The translations under genes were made by a program, and so were the position numbers. From Candidatus Kuenenbacteria bacterium (GTDB taxonomy: Bacteria > Patescibacteriota > Patescibacteriia > UBA11705 > JABHMO01), in NCBI GenBank assembly GCA_013202715.1, contig JABMRF010000040.1, positions 4,376 to 68,375 of the forward strand: a stretch of DNA of 64,000 nt. Direction: 5' to 3'. Shown here piece after piece: positions 36,904-45,292 of the stretch; the stretch's first letter is position 1, and every line of letters begins with the position of its first letter. The notes beneath the pieces are model-generated. The model did not search any database. It saw only the letters and a program-made list of their open reading frames with translations, and was not told the DNA's origin.

Positions 36904-36999
36904 AACTAGACGTAAAAAATCAATAAATCAACAAACCAATAAAACAAATTCGGGGATTCTTATCTTTATGATTTCTTTTTTTCTTGTTTTTTTGTTTTC

Positions 37000-37977
37000 T
37001 TACAACTTAATCTTCAACAGTCCGTTCTGAGCGCCAATTCGATACAAAACATGGGCGCTGTTTCTAATTGCCAGCTTTAACGCTTTATCAAAATCATTTT
37101 TTTTAACCAAGCCGGCAACTAATCCTGAAGAAAATGAATCCCCTGCGCCAACCGTGTCAACAATTCTTCTTTTTTCGCCAACCGCGCGGTGATAATAATA
37201 TTTTTCATTGTCATCAATTGCCACAACGCCATTTGAACCCTGAGTAATAACAACTTTTTGCGAGCCAAAATTTTTTAACTCAGTAAGTAAATATTTTGAA
37301 TCATTTAGATCTTTTTTGGTAGTTCTTGGGCGAGCTTTTTTCACAAGCTCAATTGCTTCGTCTTTATTCAAAATCAAGACTTCAATTGATGGTAAAAAAT
37401 GTAATACTTTTTTGAATTCTTGAAGTTGAAGTGAGCCCGGATTCCAAGCGATTTTAACATTGCGTCTTTTTTGTCTGGCAATTTTGTCAAATTCCAAAGC
37501 CCAGCTCTTGCTGGTCAGAGAAGAAACATAAAACCACTTTGTTCGGAAATTTCTCAGATTATGAACTTCCAGATTATTACTGGCGCCTTTGTAAGTAAAA
37601 ATTGTGTGCTCTTTGTCTTTCAGCGCGGTCATGACAATTGAGAAACCGGTTCTCTCTGTTTTGTCGACTCTGATCAATGATGTATTGATCTTTTGATTTT
37701 TCAAGTAAGTAAAAATCTCTTTGCCCACCTGGTCACGGCCAACATTTACCATTGGCGAAACATCCAGTCCGAAGTTTTTCAATCCGACCGCAGTATTCAA
37801 AGCCCCGCCACCATAATTAACAAACACTTCACTAATTGGCAGTTTTGCACCGTATTCAACCGCCATTAATTTCTGACGGGTGATATCTTTTTCATTTTTT
37901 ATAATTGAAATCTCATCACTGTAAAACATTATATCTTTTAATGCGCTACCAACAGTGACTACATCGAATAGTTTCAT
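37000..37977 (-). CDS. pfkB-family carbohydrate kinase (ribokinase-like)
   Basis: N-terminal VTVGSALKD, C-terminal DTVGAGDSFSSGLVAGL signature. Confidence 0.8.
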   Translation of the reverse strand: MKLFDVVTVGSALKDIMFYSDEISIIKNEKDITRQKLMAVEYGAKLPISEVFVNYGGGALNTAVGLKNFGLDVSPMVNVGRDQVGKEIFTYLKNQKINTSLIRVDKTERTGFSIVMTALKDKEHTIFTYKGASNNLEVHNLRNFRTKWFYVSSLTSKSWALEFDKIARQKRRNVKIAWNPGSLQLQEFKKVLHFLPSIEVLILNKDEAIELVKKARPRTTKKDLNDSKYLLTELKNFGSQKVVITQGSNGVVAIDDNEKYYYHRAVGEKRRIVDTVGAGDSFSSGLVAGLVKKNDFDKALKLAIRNSAHVLYRIGAQNGLLKIKL

Positions 37978-38049
37978 ATTTTTGTTTGTATTTTTCTTAA
38001 ATTTATTATACCATAAAAGAACAACGATTAGCAAAATAATTATCACCAT

Positions 38050-38637
38050 ATGGCCAATCTCGAGGAAGTACAACCAATTGCACAGGAAAATATTCCGGAA
38101 ACAGCAGAAAAAAAGTCACCGCCTGAAACGAAAAAAGCAGAACAGCCAAACTCATTAGAAAAGATTAATGAAAACTATGGAGCAGTTCTTGATCACCGTG
38201 AGGCTCAATATGACAAAGACATTGAAGCAAAACCGGAAATGGGCGCAATGCGTTCAAATTTAGAAATGCACAACAAAATTGTCCTTGGGTACGCTGGCGA
38301 ATTGGTAGAAGCCATGAATTTGCCTGATGAACAGCGGGTGGCGGCTATTATTGCGACAATTGAACATGATTCCGGTAAATTGGCTTCTGGACTGCTGGAT
38401 CATCATGAACAAGGAACTGAATATGCTGGCCAAATGCTTGACGGACTTGAAGGACAAGAGTTTGAAGGAGTAACAATAACACCGGAAATAAAACAAAAAG
38501 TAATGGAAGCAATTGAGCGCCACATGAATCATCCCTTCTTAGTAATGCTAAACAAAGGCGAGAGATTTCCAGAACCAAAAGATGATGTTGACCGGGTTGT
38601 TTTTGACGCTGACATGATGGCCAATGCTGGATTTTAA
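38050..38637 (+). CDS. HD-domain phosphohydrolase-like protein, ends at an in-frame TAA
   Basis: H..HD..H..D pattern (EMHNK, IEHDSGK, DHHEQG, FDADMM). Confidence 0.5.
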   Translation: MANLEEVQPIAQENIPETAEKKSPPETKKAEQPNSLEKINENYGAVLDHREAQYDKDIEAKPEMGAMRSNLEMHNKIVLGYAGELVEAMNLPDEQRVAAIIATIEHDSGKLASGLLDHHEQGTEYAGQMLDGLEGQEFEGVTITPEIKQKVMEAIERHMNHPFLVMLNKGERFPEPKDDVDRVVFDADMMANAGF

Positions 38638-38670
38638 AATGTTGCTTTTCGTCTAACCAGTGAACAGTTT

Positions 38671-39027
38671 TTGACTCAGGACGCGGCCGCAGCTGCCGAA
38701 AAAGGAATTTCAGTTTTACAGGAATCTTTTGAAAATGTAATGCAGGGTGTTGTTTCATTGCCTGGCACAGTTTTGTCTGAGCAGGCGCAGGAGATTACCG
38801 GTGGCATTGTTAATGATGTCGTAGAGATTAAAAAATATTTTGAAGAGCAACAAGTCTTCACTCAAATTCAAAAACAATTTTCTGATCCAGAAGGAAATTT
38901 CAACATGATGACTATTAATGAACATGGCGGGTTTTCGTTAATCAAAAAACTCATTAACGAGGAAATTATAAAAGCCGGTGCAAAATTAAACCTGACGCCC
39001 GCAAGAGTAGCTAATTTCCAGATATAA
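38671..39027 (+). CDS. ORF in the same frame as 38050-38637, separated only by TAA 38635-38637; no ATG start (possible continuation or pseudogene remnant)
   Basis: frame continuity seen directly; TTG is the only start candidate. Confidence 0.3.
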   Translation: MTQDAAAAAEKGISVLQESFENVMQGVVSLPGTVLSEQAQEITGGIVNDVVEIKKYFEEQQVFTQIQKQFSDPEGNFNMMTINEHGGFSLIKKLINEEIIKAGAKLNLTPARVANFQI

Positions 39028-39085
39028 CCGAAAAATACAGGCTCAAAATTTAATTTGATACCGCCAAAGGCGGTAATAAAAAAAA

Positions 39086-39112
39086 AGCCCGGCTTGTGCA
39101 CAGGGCTATTTT
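39086..39112 (-). terminator. rho-independent terminator
   Basis: agccc...tgtgcaca...gggct followed by T9 on minus strand. Confidence 0.6.
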
Positions 39113-39115
39113 GTA

Positions 39116-39352
39116 CTACTGAATTTCAGTAATCGGTAAACTCTGGTAAACAGGATGATCTTCCCCTTCCTGAAATACGACCAAAATCTGGCCGACTTTT
39201 GGCTCAGTTCCTTTTGAATCAAGATGGAAAGTGCTGTCTGCCGTCTGATCTGTAAAAAAATGAGTGAACTTTCCACGGACAACACTCTGACCATCAACCA
39301 GAACTGAATCTTCCTGCAAATCAATTGCGTTTTTCTCTGTTTTGAGAATCAT
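39116..39352 (-). CDS. hypothetical protein (78 aa)
   Basis: GGGAGG RBS before ATG 39352; TTGACA-17-TAATAT promoter upstream. Confidence 0.5.
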   Translation of the reverse strand: MILKTEKNAIDLQEDSVLVDGQSVVRGKFTHFFTDQTADSTFHLDSKGTEPKVGQILVVFQEGEDHPVYQSLPITEIQ

Positions 39353-39465
39353 ATTTACCTCCCTTAATTTATGATTTATTATATTATCAAGCATTCAATA
39401 ATCTGTCAAGGGGCTGTATTCGGCGACAGCCCTTTCATGTCCATTATACTGGAAAAACAAAAAAG

Positions 39466-39490
39466 GAACAACGTTGTTGTTCCTTAAATT
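39466..39490 (-). terminator. strong rho-independent terminator
   Basis: ggaacaac-loop-gttgttcc plus ttttttgttttt on minus strand. Confidence 0.75.
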
Positions 39491-39722
39491 CTGCATTTTC
39501 ACCGAACTATTGCCGTCAACCTTTTCAAAAGCCGCAAATCGTCATCAGTCAATTCGCTGATCGGCTTTCTTACATCAATCACTGTTTTCCCTTTTCCAAC
39601 ATTCAAGATGACTTTCATGACTCAAACCAACTTTTCAAGAAGGCACTCGGCCAACCAGGAAAGTCCATGACGCAAACCCGCAGAAACAAAATACACACCC
39701 GTACCAACGACTACCACCTCAA

Positions 39723-39926
39723 TCATTTTTCCTCCCCGTTATTGTCCCTTTCTTCTCCCATATTGCAATTACAGACATGGCCGGAAACCTGGTTCATATC
39801 GAGGTTGACACGACGTCTATTTATTACAATCAAAACACCAAGAAACAGGAAAAGAACACTTAAGGTTATCAATCCCCACGTCTCAAAACTGAAATGAGCC
39901 TGTCCACAATGCGCTAATAGGTCCAT
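39723..39926 (-). CDS. small membrane protein (67 aa) with CNCN motif
   Basis: AGGAGG RBS; one TM helix; stop overlaps the downstream ATG (ATGA). Confidence 0.55.
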   Translation of the reverse strand: MDLLAHCGQAHFSFETWGLITLSVLFLFLGVLIVINRRRVNLDMNQVSGHVCNCNMGEERDNNGEEK

Positions 39927-39942
39927 TTTTACCTCCTGGCAA

Positions 39943-40317
39943 TTATGCCAAACGTTTTACTTTCTTTATAGTTATCAAAAGAGCTCCCTTACAAGGTTCA
40001 TCTATATTTTCAGGTAATTGTTTAACTTTATCATACCACTCACCTGATGTAAAGTATTCAGCAATACCAATAAACTCAAAACCACAACAATTTTCTTCCC
40101 AATCCTTATTCCAAACAGCCAAAGCAACCTGCTTGTTTTTCTGAATATTTTCAATTGTTGTATTCATGTAATTATTGGTAACTAAAATCTTATCCTCTGC
40201 TACAACTTTAACAAAAGCTGCCGCAACTACGTGCGGAGAACCATTAACATTAACACTTGCCAGGGCTAAAGCATTATTTTCAATTACTTGTTTTTGTTTA
40301 GAATCAAATTTAAGCAT
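39943..40317 (-). CDS. pyridoxamine 5'-phosphate oxidase-like FMN-binding family protein
   Basis: split-barrel-like composition (NGSPHVVAAAF..., LAVWNKDWEE); family assignment tentative. Confidence 0.5.
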   Translation of the reverse strand: MLKFDSKQKQVIENNALALASVNVNGSPHVVAAAFVKVVAEDKILVTNNYMNTTIENIQKNKQVALAVWNKDWEENCCGFEFIGIAEYFTSGEWYDKVKQLPENIDEPCKGALLITIKKVKRLA

Positions 40318-40323
40318 ATTTTA

Positions 40324-40944
40324 TCAAGATTTCAAACTTTCATAATGTTTTTTTCGTTCCTGTTCTGTGATAATTTTCATGAATTTTTCGTTCTCAATAT
40401 CTTCTCCCCATTTTTTTATATTGTTTTTAATGTATTTGCGGATTGATTGCAATTCATGTTCGTTGCGGATAATGCGATCGTAAAAATTTCTTTTCCAACG
40501 ATAATATCCAAATTTATCATGATTCACACACCATTTACGGACGCCAATTTTATAACCACGCACAATTGAACCCAATGATTTGGGGATTATATGCTGATAT
40601 TTGTTCTTAAAAACTCCCGAATGTAAGGGTTCAAAATCTTGAACCCTTACATTCGGATCCTGTTTATTATCAGAACAAATACGAATAATCCCATGCACAT
40701 GATTTGGCATCACCACATATTCCCACAATTGTGCATTTGGATAATGTTTTGGGATTTCTAACCAACATTTATTGGTAACGTTCCCAATCTCCGACAACCT
40801 CATTTCCCCATCAACAATTTTCCCAAAATCATGGTGCCCACGTTCCTTGGCGCAAATTGTTACAAAATAAAACCCCGACTGTGCATAATCAAATCCTGGC
40901 AATCGGATTGATTGACGATTATGGATATCGGGATTATAAATCAT
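40324..40944 (-). CDS. REP-associated tyrosine transposase (RAYT / IS200-like Y1 HUH transposase)
   Basis: HUH motif VVMPNHVHGII, catalytic region SIVRGYK, C-terminal WKRNFYDRII...IRKYI; start set at MIYNPDIH. Confidence 0.8.
   Translation of the reverse strand: MIYNPDIHNRQSIRLPGFDYAQSGFYFVTICAKERGHHDFGKIVDGEMRLSEIGNVTNKCWLEIPKHYPNAQLWEYVVMPNHVHGIIRICSDNKQDPNVRVQDFEPLHSGVFKNKYQHIIPKSLGSIVRGYKIGVRKWCVNHDKFGYYRWKRNFYDRIIRNEHELQSIRKYIKNNIKKWGEDIENEKFMKIITEQERKKHYESLKS
40617..40656. repeat. REP-like 18-4-18 perfect palindrome embedded in-frame in the RAYT gene
   Basis: ccgaatgtaagggttcaa-aatc-ttgaacccttacattcgg; encodes DPNVRVQDFEPLHSG. Confidence 0.85.
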
Positions 40945-40970
40945 AATAAATTCCGTAATGCAGCGCAGAT

Positions 40971-41010
40971 ATTTGTGTAAGGGTTCAAGATTTTGAACCC
41001 TTACACAAAT
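40971..41010. repeat. REP-like 18-4-18 perfect palindrome between the glyQS stop and the RAYT start
   Basis: atttgtgtaagggttcaa-gatt-ttgaacccttacacaaat; core GTAAGGGTTCAA shared with the internal copy. Confidence 0.85.
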
Positions 41011-41026
41011 ATCTGCATCCCTGTTT

Positions 41027-42412
41027 CTACACGAACTTCTTCTCAAACCATTTTTCCAAATCCTTGATCTTAACCCGCTCCTGTTTCATCGTATCGCGAT
41101 CGCGAACTGTAACTGAATCATCTTTTTCAATAGTTTCAAAGTCAACGGTTACGCAATACGGAGTTCCGATCTCATCCTGCCGACGATAACGCTTACCTAC
41201 ATTTCCATTGTCATCAAATTCACAAACCCACTTGGTTTTCAAATTATCAAATATTTTCTTGGCAATTTTGACAAGCTCAGGTTTATTTTTCAAAAGTGGG
41301 AAAACGGCAATTTTTACCGGTGCTAATTCTTTCTTTAACTTCAGAACAACCCGCTCATCATCGCCAACCTTCTCTTCGGTGTAAGCATCACACAAAACGA
41401 CAAATAAGGTTCGGGTCAATCCTGCTGAAGTTTCCACAACCCACGGAGTAAATTTTTTATTTGTTTTTGGATCGTTATAATTAAGTTCGCAACCGGAATG
41501 TTTTGTATGCTGGGTCAAATCATAATCCGAACGGTTGTGAATACCTTCCACTTCTTTGAATCCAAACGGGAATTCATACTCAATATCCCAAGCTTCCTTG
41601 GCATAAAACACTAGGTTTTCATGTTCATGCCAACGAAGTTTTTTCTCAGTAATCCCGAGGTCGTTAACATAAAACTCCCAACGTTCTTTTTTCCAACGCT
41701 TATATTCTTTTGTCGCATCTTTTTCTTCCACAAAATACTGCATTTCCATCTGTTCAAACTCACGAGTTCGAAAAATAAATTGACGAGCGGTGATTTCATT
41801 TCGAAAAGCTTTTCCAACCTGAGCAATTCCAAAAGGAACTTTAACGCGTGAAGAGTCCATTACATTTTTGAAATTAACATAGATTCCCTGACAAGTCTCA
41901 CCACGCAAGTAAGTTGGCTCTTCGTCCCATTTACCTGTAAAGTTCCCTAAGTTCGACTTAACCAAAAGGTTGAAGCTCTTCGCGTCCGTAAAATCTTTTG
42001 ATCCACAACTCGGGCACTTGATCTTGTCTTTATTTTTCTTGAAAATTTTATTAATCTCATCTTCAGTCATGTTTTCGTCTGCAAAAACATCAATCTCTTC
42101 GAGTAGATGATCCACTCGAGAACGGGTGTGACACTTTTTGCATTCAGAGAGTGGATCGGAAAATCCACTGACATGGCCACTGGCTTCCCAGACTTTTGGC
42201 GACATGAAAATTGCTGAATCTAGGCCAACAATATTTTCCCGATCCTGAACCATATTTTTCCACCAGACACCCTGAATATTGTTTTTCAATTCCACGCCGT
42301 ATGGGCCGTAATCATAAACTGCAGCAAACCCGCCGTATATTTCACTGGATGGATAAACAAATCCCCGCCTTTTGCAAAGGCTGATAATTTTCTCTAAATT
42401 TTTTTCACTCAT
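41027..42412 (-). CDS. glyQS: glycyl-tRNA synthetase (alpha2 dimeric type)
   Basis: class II motifs, GlyRS insertion domains, anticodon-binding C-terminus. Confidence 0.9.
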   Translation of the reverse strand: MSEKNLEKIISLCKRRGFVYPSSEIYGGFAAVYDYGPYGVELKNNIQGVWWKNMVQDRENIVGLDSAIFMSPKVWEASGHVSGFSDPLSECKKCHTRSRVDHLLEEIDVFADENMTEDEINKIFKKNKDKIKCPSCGSKDFTDAKSFNLLVKSNLGNFTGKWDEEPTYLRGETCQGIYVNFKNVMDSSRVKVPFGIAQVGKAFRNEITARQFIFRTREFEQMEMQYFVEEKDATKEYKRWKKERWEFYVNDLGITEKKLRWHEHENLVFYAKEAWDIEYEFPFGFKEVEGIHNRSDYDLTQHTKHSGCELNYNDPKTNKKFTPWVVETSAGLTRTLFVVLCDAYTEEKVGDDERVVLKLKKELAPVKIAVFPLLKNKPELVKIAKKIFDNLKTKWVCEFDDNGNVGKRYRRQDEIGTPYCVTVDFETIEKDDSVTVRDRDTMKQERVKIKDLEKWFEKKFV

Positions 42413-42420
42413 ATAATTTT

Positions 42421-42518
42421 CCGCGGATTTAACGGATCAAATGCGGATAATGCGGAATTTACTAACTCGTTTCCCTTTATATCCGACAAATCCACGTTAA
42501 ATCCGCAGTATCCACGTA
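42421..42518. repeat. ATCCGCG/ATCCACG-family repeat cluster (copy c), units on both strands
   Basis: ccgcggatttaacggatcaaatgcggataatgcggaattt ... atccgacaaatccacgttaaatccgcagtatccacgt. Confidence 0.8.
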
Positions 42519-42571
42519 TTATTAAACTGTCATAATTTATTTTTATCTACCTTGCTAACCTGAAAACCATT

Positions 42572-43504
42572 TTACATATAATCTGCATCAAGTTTCTCCA
42601 AATCACCAATACTTCTCTCTGAAAATCCCTTTACCCTGCTTTTGCCATCGCCACTATAATACCAAATACTACCACTTTTTAGTTGATGCTTTGCAAGACT
42701 ATCCACAATACTACCATCTTCTCTGGCTGAATCATCATACTCCTCTTCAAGTGTTCTTAGCAAAGTTCCATCCTCTCTGTACGTAAACTTCGTAATTTTA
42801 TCAACGGTCCCATCAGGACGATATAATTTTTCTACAGCCGGACTTCCCTGACCATCAAACTTAACCATCTTTTCTTCCCCATCATCACCAAACTCTGACC
42901 TAGAAATCACTACTTCTTGACCATCTACAACTTCCAAAGCCTCTGAACTCACAACCTTACCAGATTCATCATAAGCAATTACAGATTTCCTAAATGGTTT
43001 ATCATATTTTGTTTTTCCAACTAATTTCCATAACCCAGAAGTCATACTCTGTTCGCTCCGTTTGTGATCAGCCCCAACAACTCGACCAGCTTCATCCCGA
43101 ATAATATCAATTACATAATCCTTACTACGTATTTCATGTTGATCAGCACCTGCATTCTGATACTCAAAATGAGTCTTTTCCAAATCAAAAACCAAACTCT
43201 CCTTTCCAGCTTTTTTTACAGTTTCAGATTTTCTCATCTGCATTGGATCCGGTCTTTCCCTAACCAATTGTCTCATTACAATTTCTTCATTTCTTTCAGC
43301 TAATTGTTCAGGAGATATCACAATTTTTTCCTCGTCCATTGCCTGCAATTCAGTAACAGCAGCTTCAAGTGCCACCGATGTTTCTTTGTCTATCTGTGCT
43401 TTTGTCTCTGCACCTTTGGCTAAATCATCTTCAGTTAATGGTACAGTTTTAATTCCCTCTCTCTTTCCTTTATTAATCTTTTCCAAAGTAAGTTTTTCAT
43501 TCAT
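42572..43504 (-). CDS. hypothetical protein with degenerate YD/YwqK-like repeats in the C-terminal half
   Basis: repeating Y(D/R)xDG(T/K) units (VIAYDESGKVV, LYRPDGTVDKI, TYREDGTLL, WYYSGDGKS). Confidence 0.5.
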   Translation of the reverse strand: MNEKLTLEKINKGKREGIKTVPLTEDDLAKGAETKAQIDKETSVALEAAVTELQAMDEEKIVISPEQLAERNEEIVMRQLVRERPDPMQMRKSETVKKAGKESLVFDLEKTHFEYQNAGADQHEIRSKDYVIDIIRDEAGRVVGADHKRSEQSMTSGLWKLVGKTKYDKPFRKSVIAYDESGKVVSSEALEVVDGQEVVISRSEFGDDGEEKMVKFDGQGSPAVEKLYRPDGTVDKITKFTYREDGTLLRTLEEEYDDSAREDGSIVDSLAKHQLKSGSIWYYSGDGKSRVKGFSERSIGDLEKLDADYM

Positions 43505-43528
43505 ACTTTTATTTTAATTTAAAATGAT

Positions 43529-44086
43529 TTATACTGACATTATTTCCTTTTCCTTACTCTCTGCAATCGATTGCAAGTCTTTGTTCAATTCGCCAACCTT
43601 TTCATCCAAATCTTTCACATATTTATACTTGTCATCCTCAGTAATGTCACTGCTTTTTTCTGCACTTACAATTTCTTCCTTAGTCTTCTCTCGAATTGAT
43701 CGAACTGAAATTTTAGCTGCTTCCAGCTTTTCATTCATAGTTTTCACCAAATCCTTCCGATTTTCTTCAGTCATTTGAGGCACACTTAGACGAACCAAAG
43801 TACTTTCGACCGAGATCGATAATCCTAAATCTGCATAAGTAAGAGCCTTTTCAATTTCTTTGAGCAAATTTTTGTCCCACGGATCAACTGTCATGGATCG
43901 GGCCTCAGGTACAGCAATACTACCCAGCTGAACAATCGGGGTTTTGATTCCATACGCATCAACCAGGACATTTTCAATCATGGCCGGATTGGCTCGACCG
44001 GCTCGAATAGTAGCTAGTTCTTTTTTAAAATGCTCAAGTGTTTTATTAAATTCCTCCTCGTGTTTTTCAATGAATTCATTGCTCAT
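43529..44086 (-). CDS. frr: ribosome recycling factor
   Basis: RRF family sequence throughout; TATTAT 6 nt before ATG. Confidence 0.9.
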   Translation of the reverse strand: MSNEFIEKHEEEFNKTLEHFKKELATIRAGRANPAMIENVLVDAYGIKTPIVQLGSIAVPEARSMTVDPWDKNLLKEIEKALTYADLGLSISVESTLVRLSVPQMTEENRKDLVKTMNEKLEAAKISVRSIREKTKEEIVSAEKSSDITEDDKYKYVKDLDEKVGELNKDLQSIAESKEKEIMSV

Positions 44087-44098
44087 ATTAATATAATA

Positions 44099-44176
44099 CG
44101 TGATCAACGTGATTTACTACTGATCTACATGAGATATCCATCAGTAGATCATGTAGAAAATCAGTAGATCATGTAT
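44099..44176. repeat. ~80-bp palindromic repeat element (family shared with 59181-59267)
   Basis: acgtgatcaacgtgatttactactgatctacatga...atcagtagatcatgtagaaaatcagtagatcatgta. Confidence 0.8.
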
Positions 44177-44199
44177 TCCTTTATATTCTTTTTAAAAAC

Positions 44200-45264
44200 C
44201 TACTGTGTAATTGTTTTCACACCAACGAAAATATTATTTCCTTTTTCAGGATGAACTGCAATTTCTCCTGCAATCCTCGCTGTTGGCATTTTCTTGACAA
44301 CCCAATTTTCGCCACCGTCCAGGGTTTTGTAAATCGCTTTATCGGTACTGTAATAAACATGGCTAGCGCTACTCGGATCAATGTCCAGAGAATAAATCCG
44401 CTCTTCGCTTGGCTGAGTTAATAATTTAACTTCTGACCAAGTTGTTCCACCGTCTAAACTTTTTAGCATGCCAAATTTATTCGCATATAAAACTAAATTC
44501 TTCTGACTCTTGGAAACGACAAAGTCAAAATAAATTTTAGAACTACTAAAATCCTTCATCTGCTTATTCAGATCCTCCCATTTATCACCTTTATCTACTG
44601 TTTTATAAAGTCCTCCGTTCATAATTCCTGCGTAAAGAACCCTACTGTCATTAGGGTCAACGATAATTTTAACTACGCGATTGGGAAATTTATTTGACAA
44701 CTTCCAGCTCACTCCATAATCTGAACTCTTTAACAAAGACCCATCTGATAAACCGGCGTAAACAATATTTGAATCAAACCAATCATGACCAAGCGAGCTG
44801 ACATAAACTCCAGCTTTATCGGCCATGAAGACGCGTTCCCAATTTCTGGTGCAGTCTTCACTTCTGTACACCTTACTGCCAACTGCAGCATACGACGTAC
44901 ATTTATCTTTGGAATCAATAACTAAATCGCGAATAAATCCCTCTGGTAAATTTTTCGACTTTGTCCAACCATTTCCACCAGTATATGAATAATACAAACC
45001 ATTTGCTTTTGTTCCTAAATAAATCGCGCTTGAATCACTTGGATCAAAACGTATAAAATAGGCGTTAACATCACCGATTGTACCCGGAGTATCACTTGGA
45101 GTCATTAATTTTGAACGATGGCTCCAATTTTCAAATCGGTCATCAGTAAAAAATACGCCGCCAAGATTTGTGGTTGTTGTTGTTTTCTTATTTAAAGTGA
45201 TACAACCCGTAGCTCCGAAAAGAAGTACGAGCAAAACCAGGACAACTGAAAATTTTCTCAACAT
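44200..45264 (-). CDS. BNR/Asp-box repeat beta-propeller lipoprotein (Ycf48-like fold)
   Basis: lipobox LFGATGC; SxDxGxTW motifs (SSDYGVSW, TVDKGDKW, SLDGGTTW, TLDGGENW). Confidence 0.7.
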   Translation of the reverse strand: MLRKFSVVLVLLVLLFGATGCITLNKKTTTTTNLGGVFFTDDRFENWSHRSKLMTPSDTPGTIGDVNAYFIRFDPSDSSAIYLGTKANGLYYSYTGGNGWTKSKNLPEGFIRDLVIDSKDKCTSYAAVGSKVYRSEDCTRNWERVFMADKAGVYVSSLGHDWFDSNIVYAGLSDGSLLKSSDYGVSWKLSNKFPNRVVKIIVDPNDSRVLYAGIMNGGLYKTVDKGDKWEDLNKQMKDFSSSKIYFDFVVSKSQKNLVLYANKFGMLKSLDGGTTWSEVKLLTQPSEERIYSLDIDPSSASHVYYSTDKAIYKTLDGGENWVVKKMPTARIAGEIAVHPEKGNNIFVGVKTITQ

Positions 45265-45292
45265 AAGATTTTTTTTATTTTTAATAAATTAT

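Noticed and set aside
39640-39670. AGGAAAGTCC decamer as RNase P RNA
   Set aside because: Only the P4-like decamer matches. The surrounding region is AT-rich and lacks the other conserved RNase P regions, including the expected GGG after GTCC.
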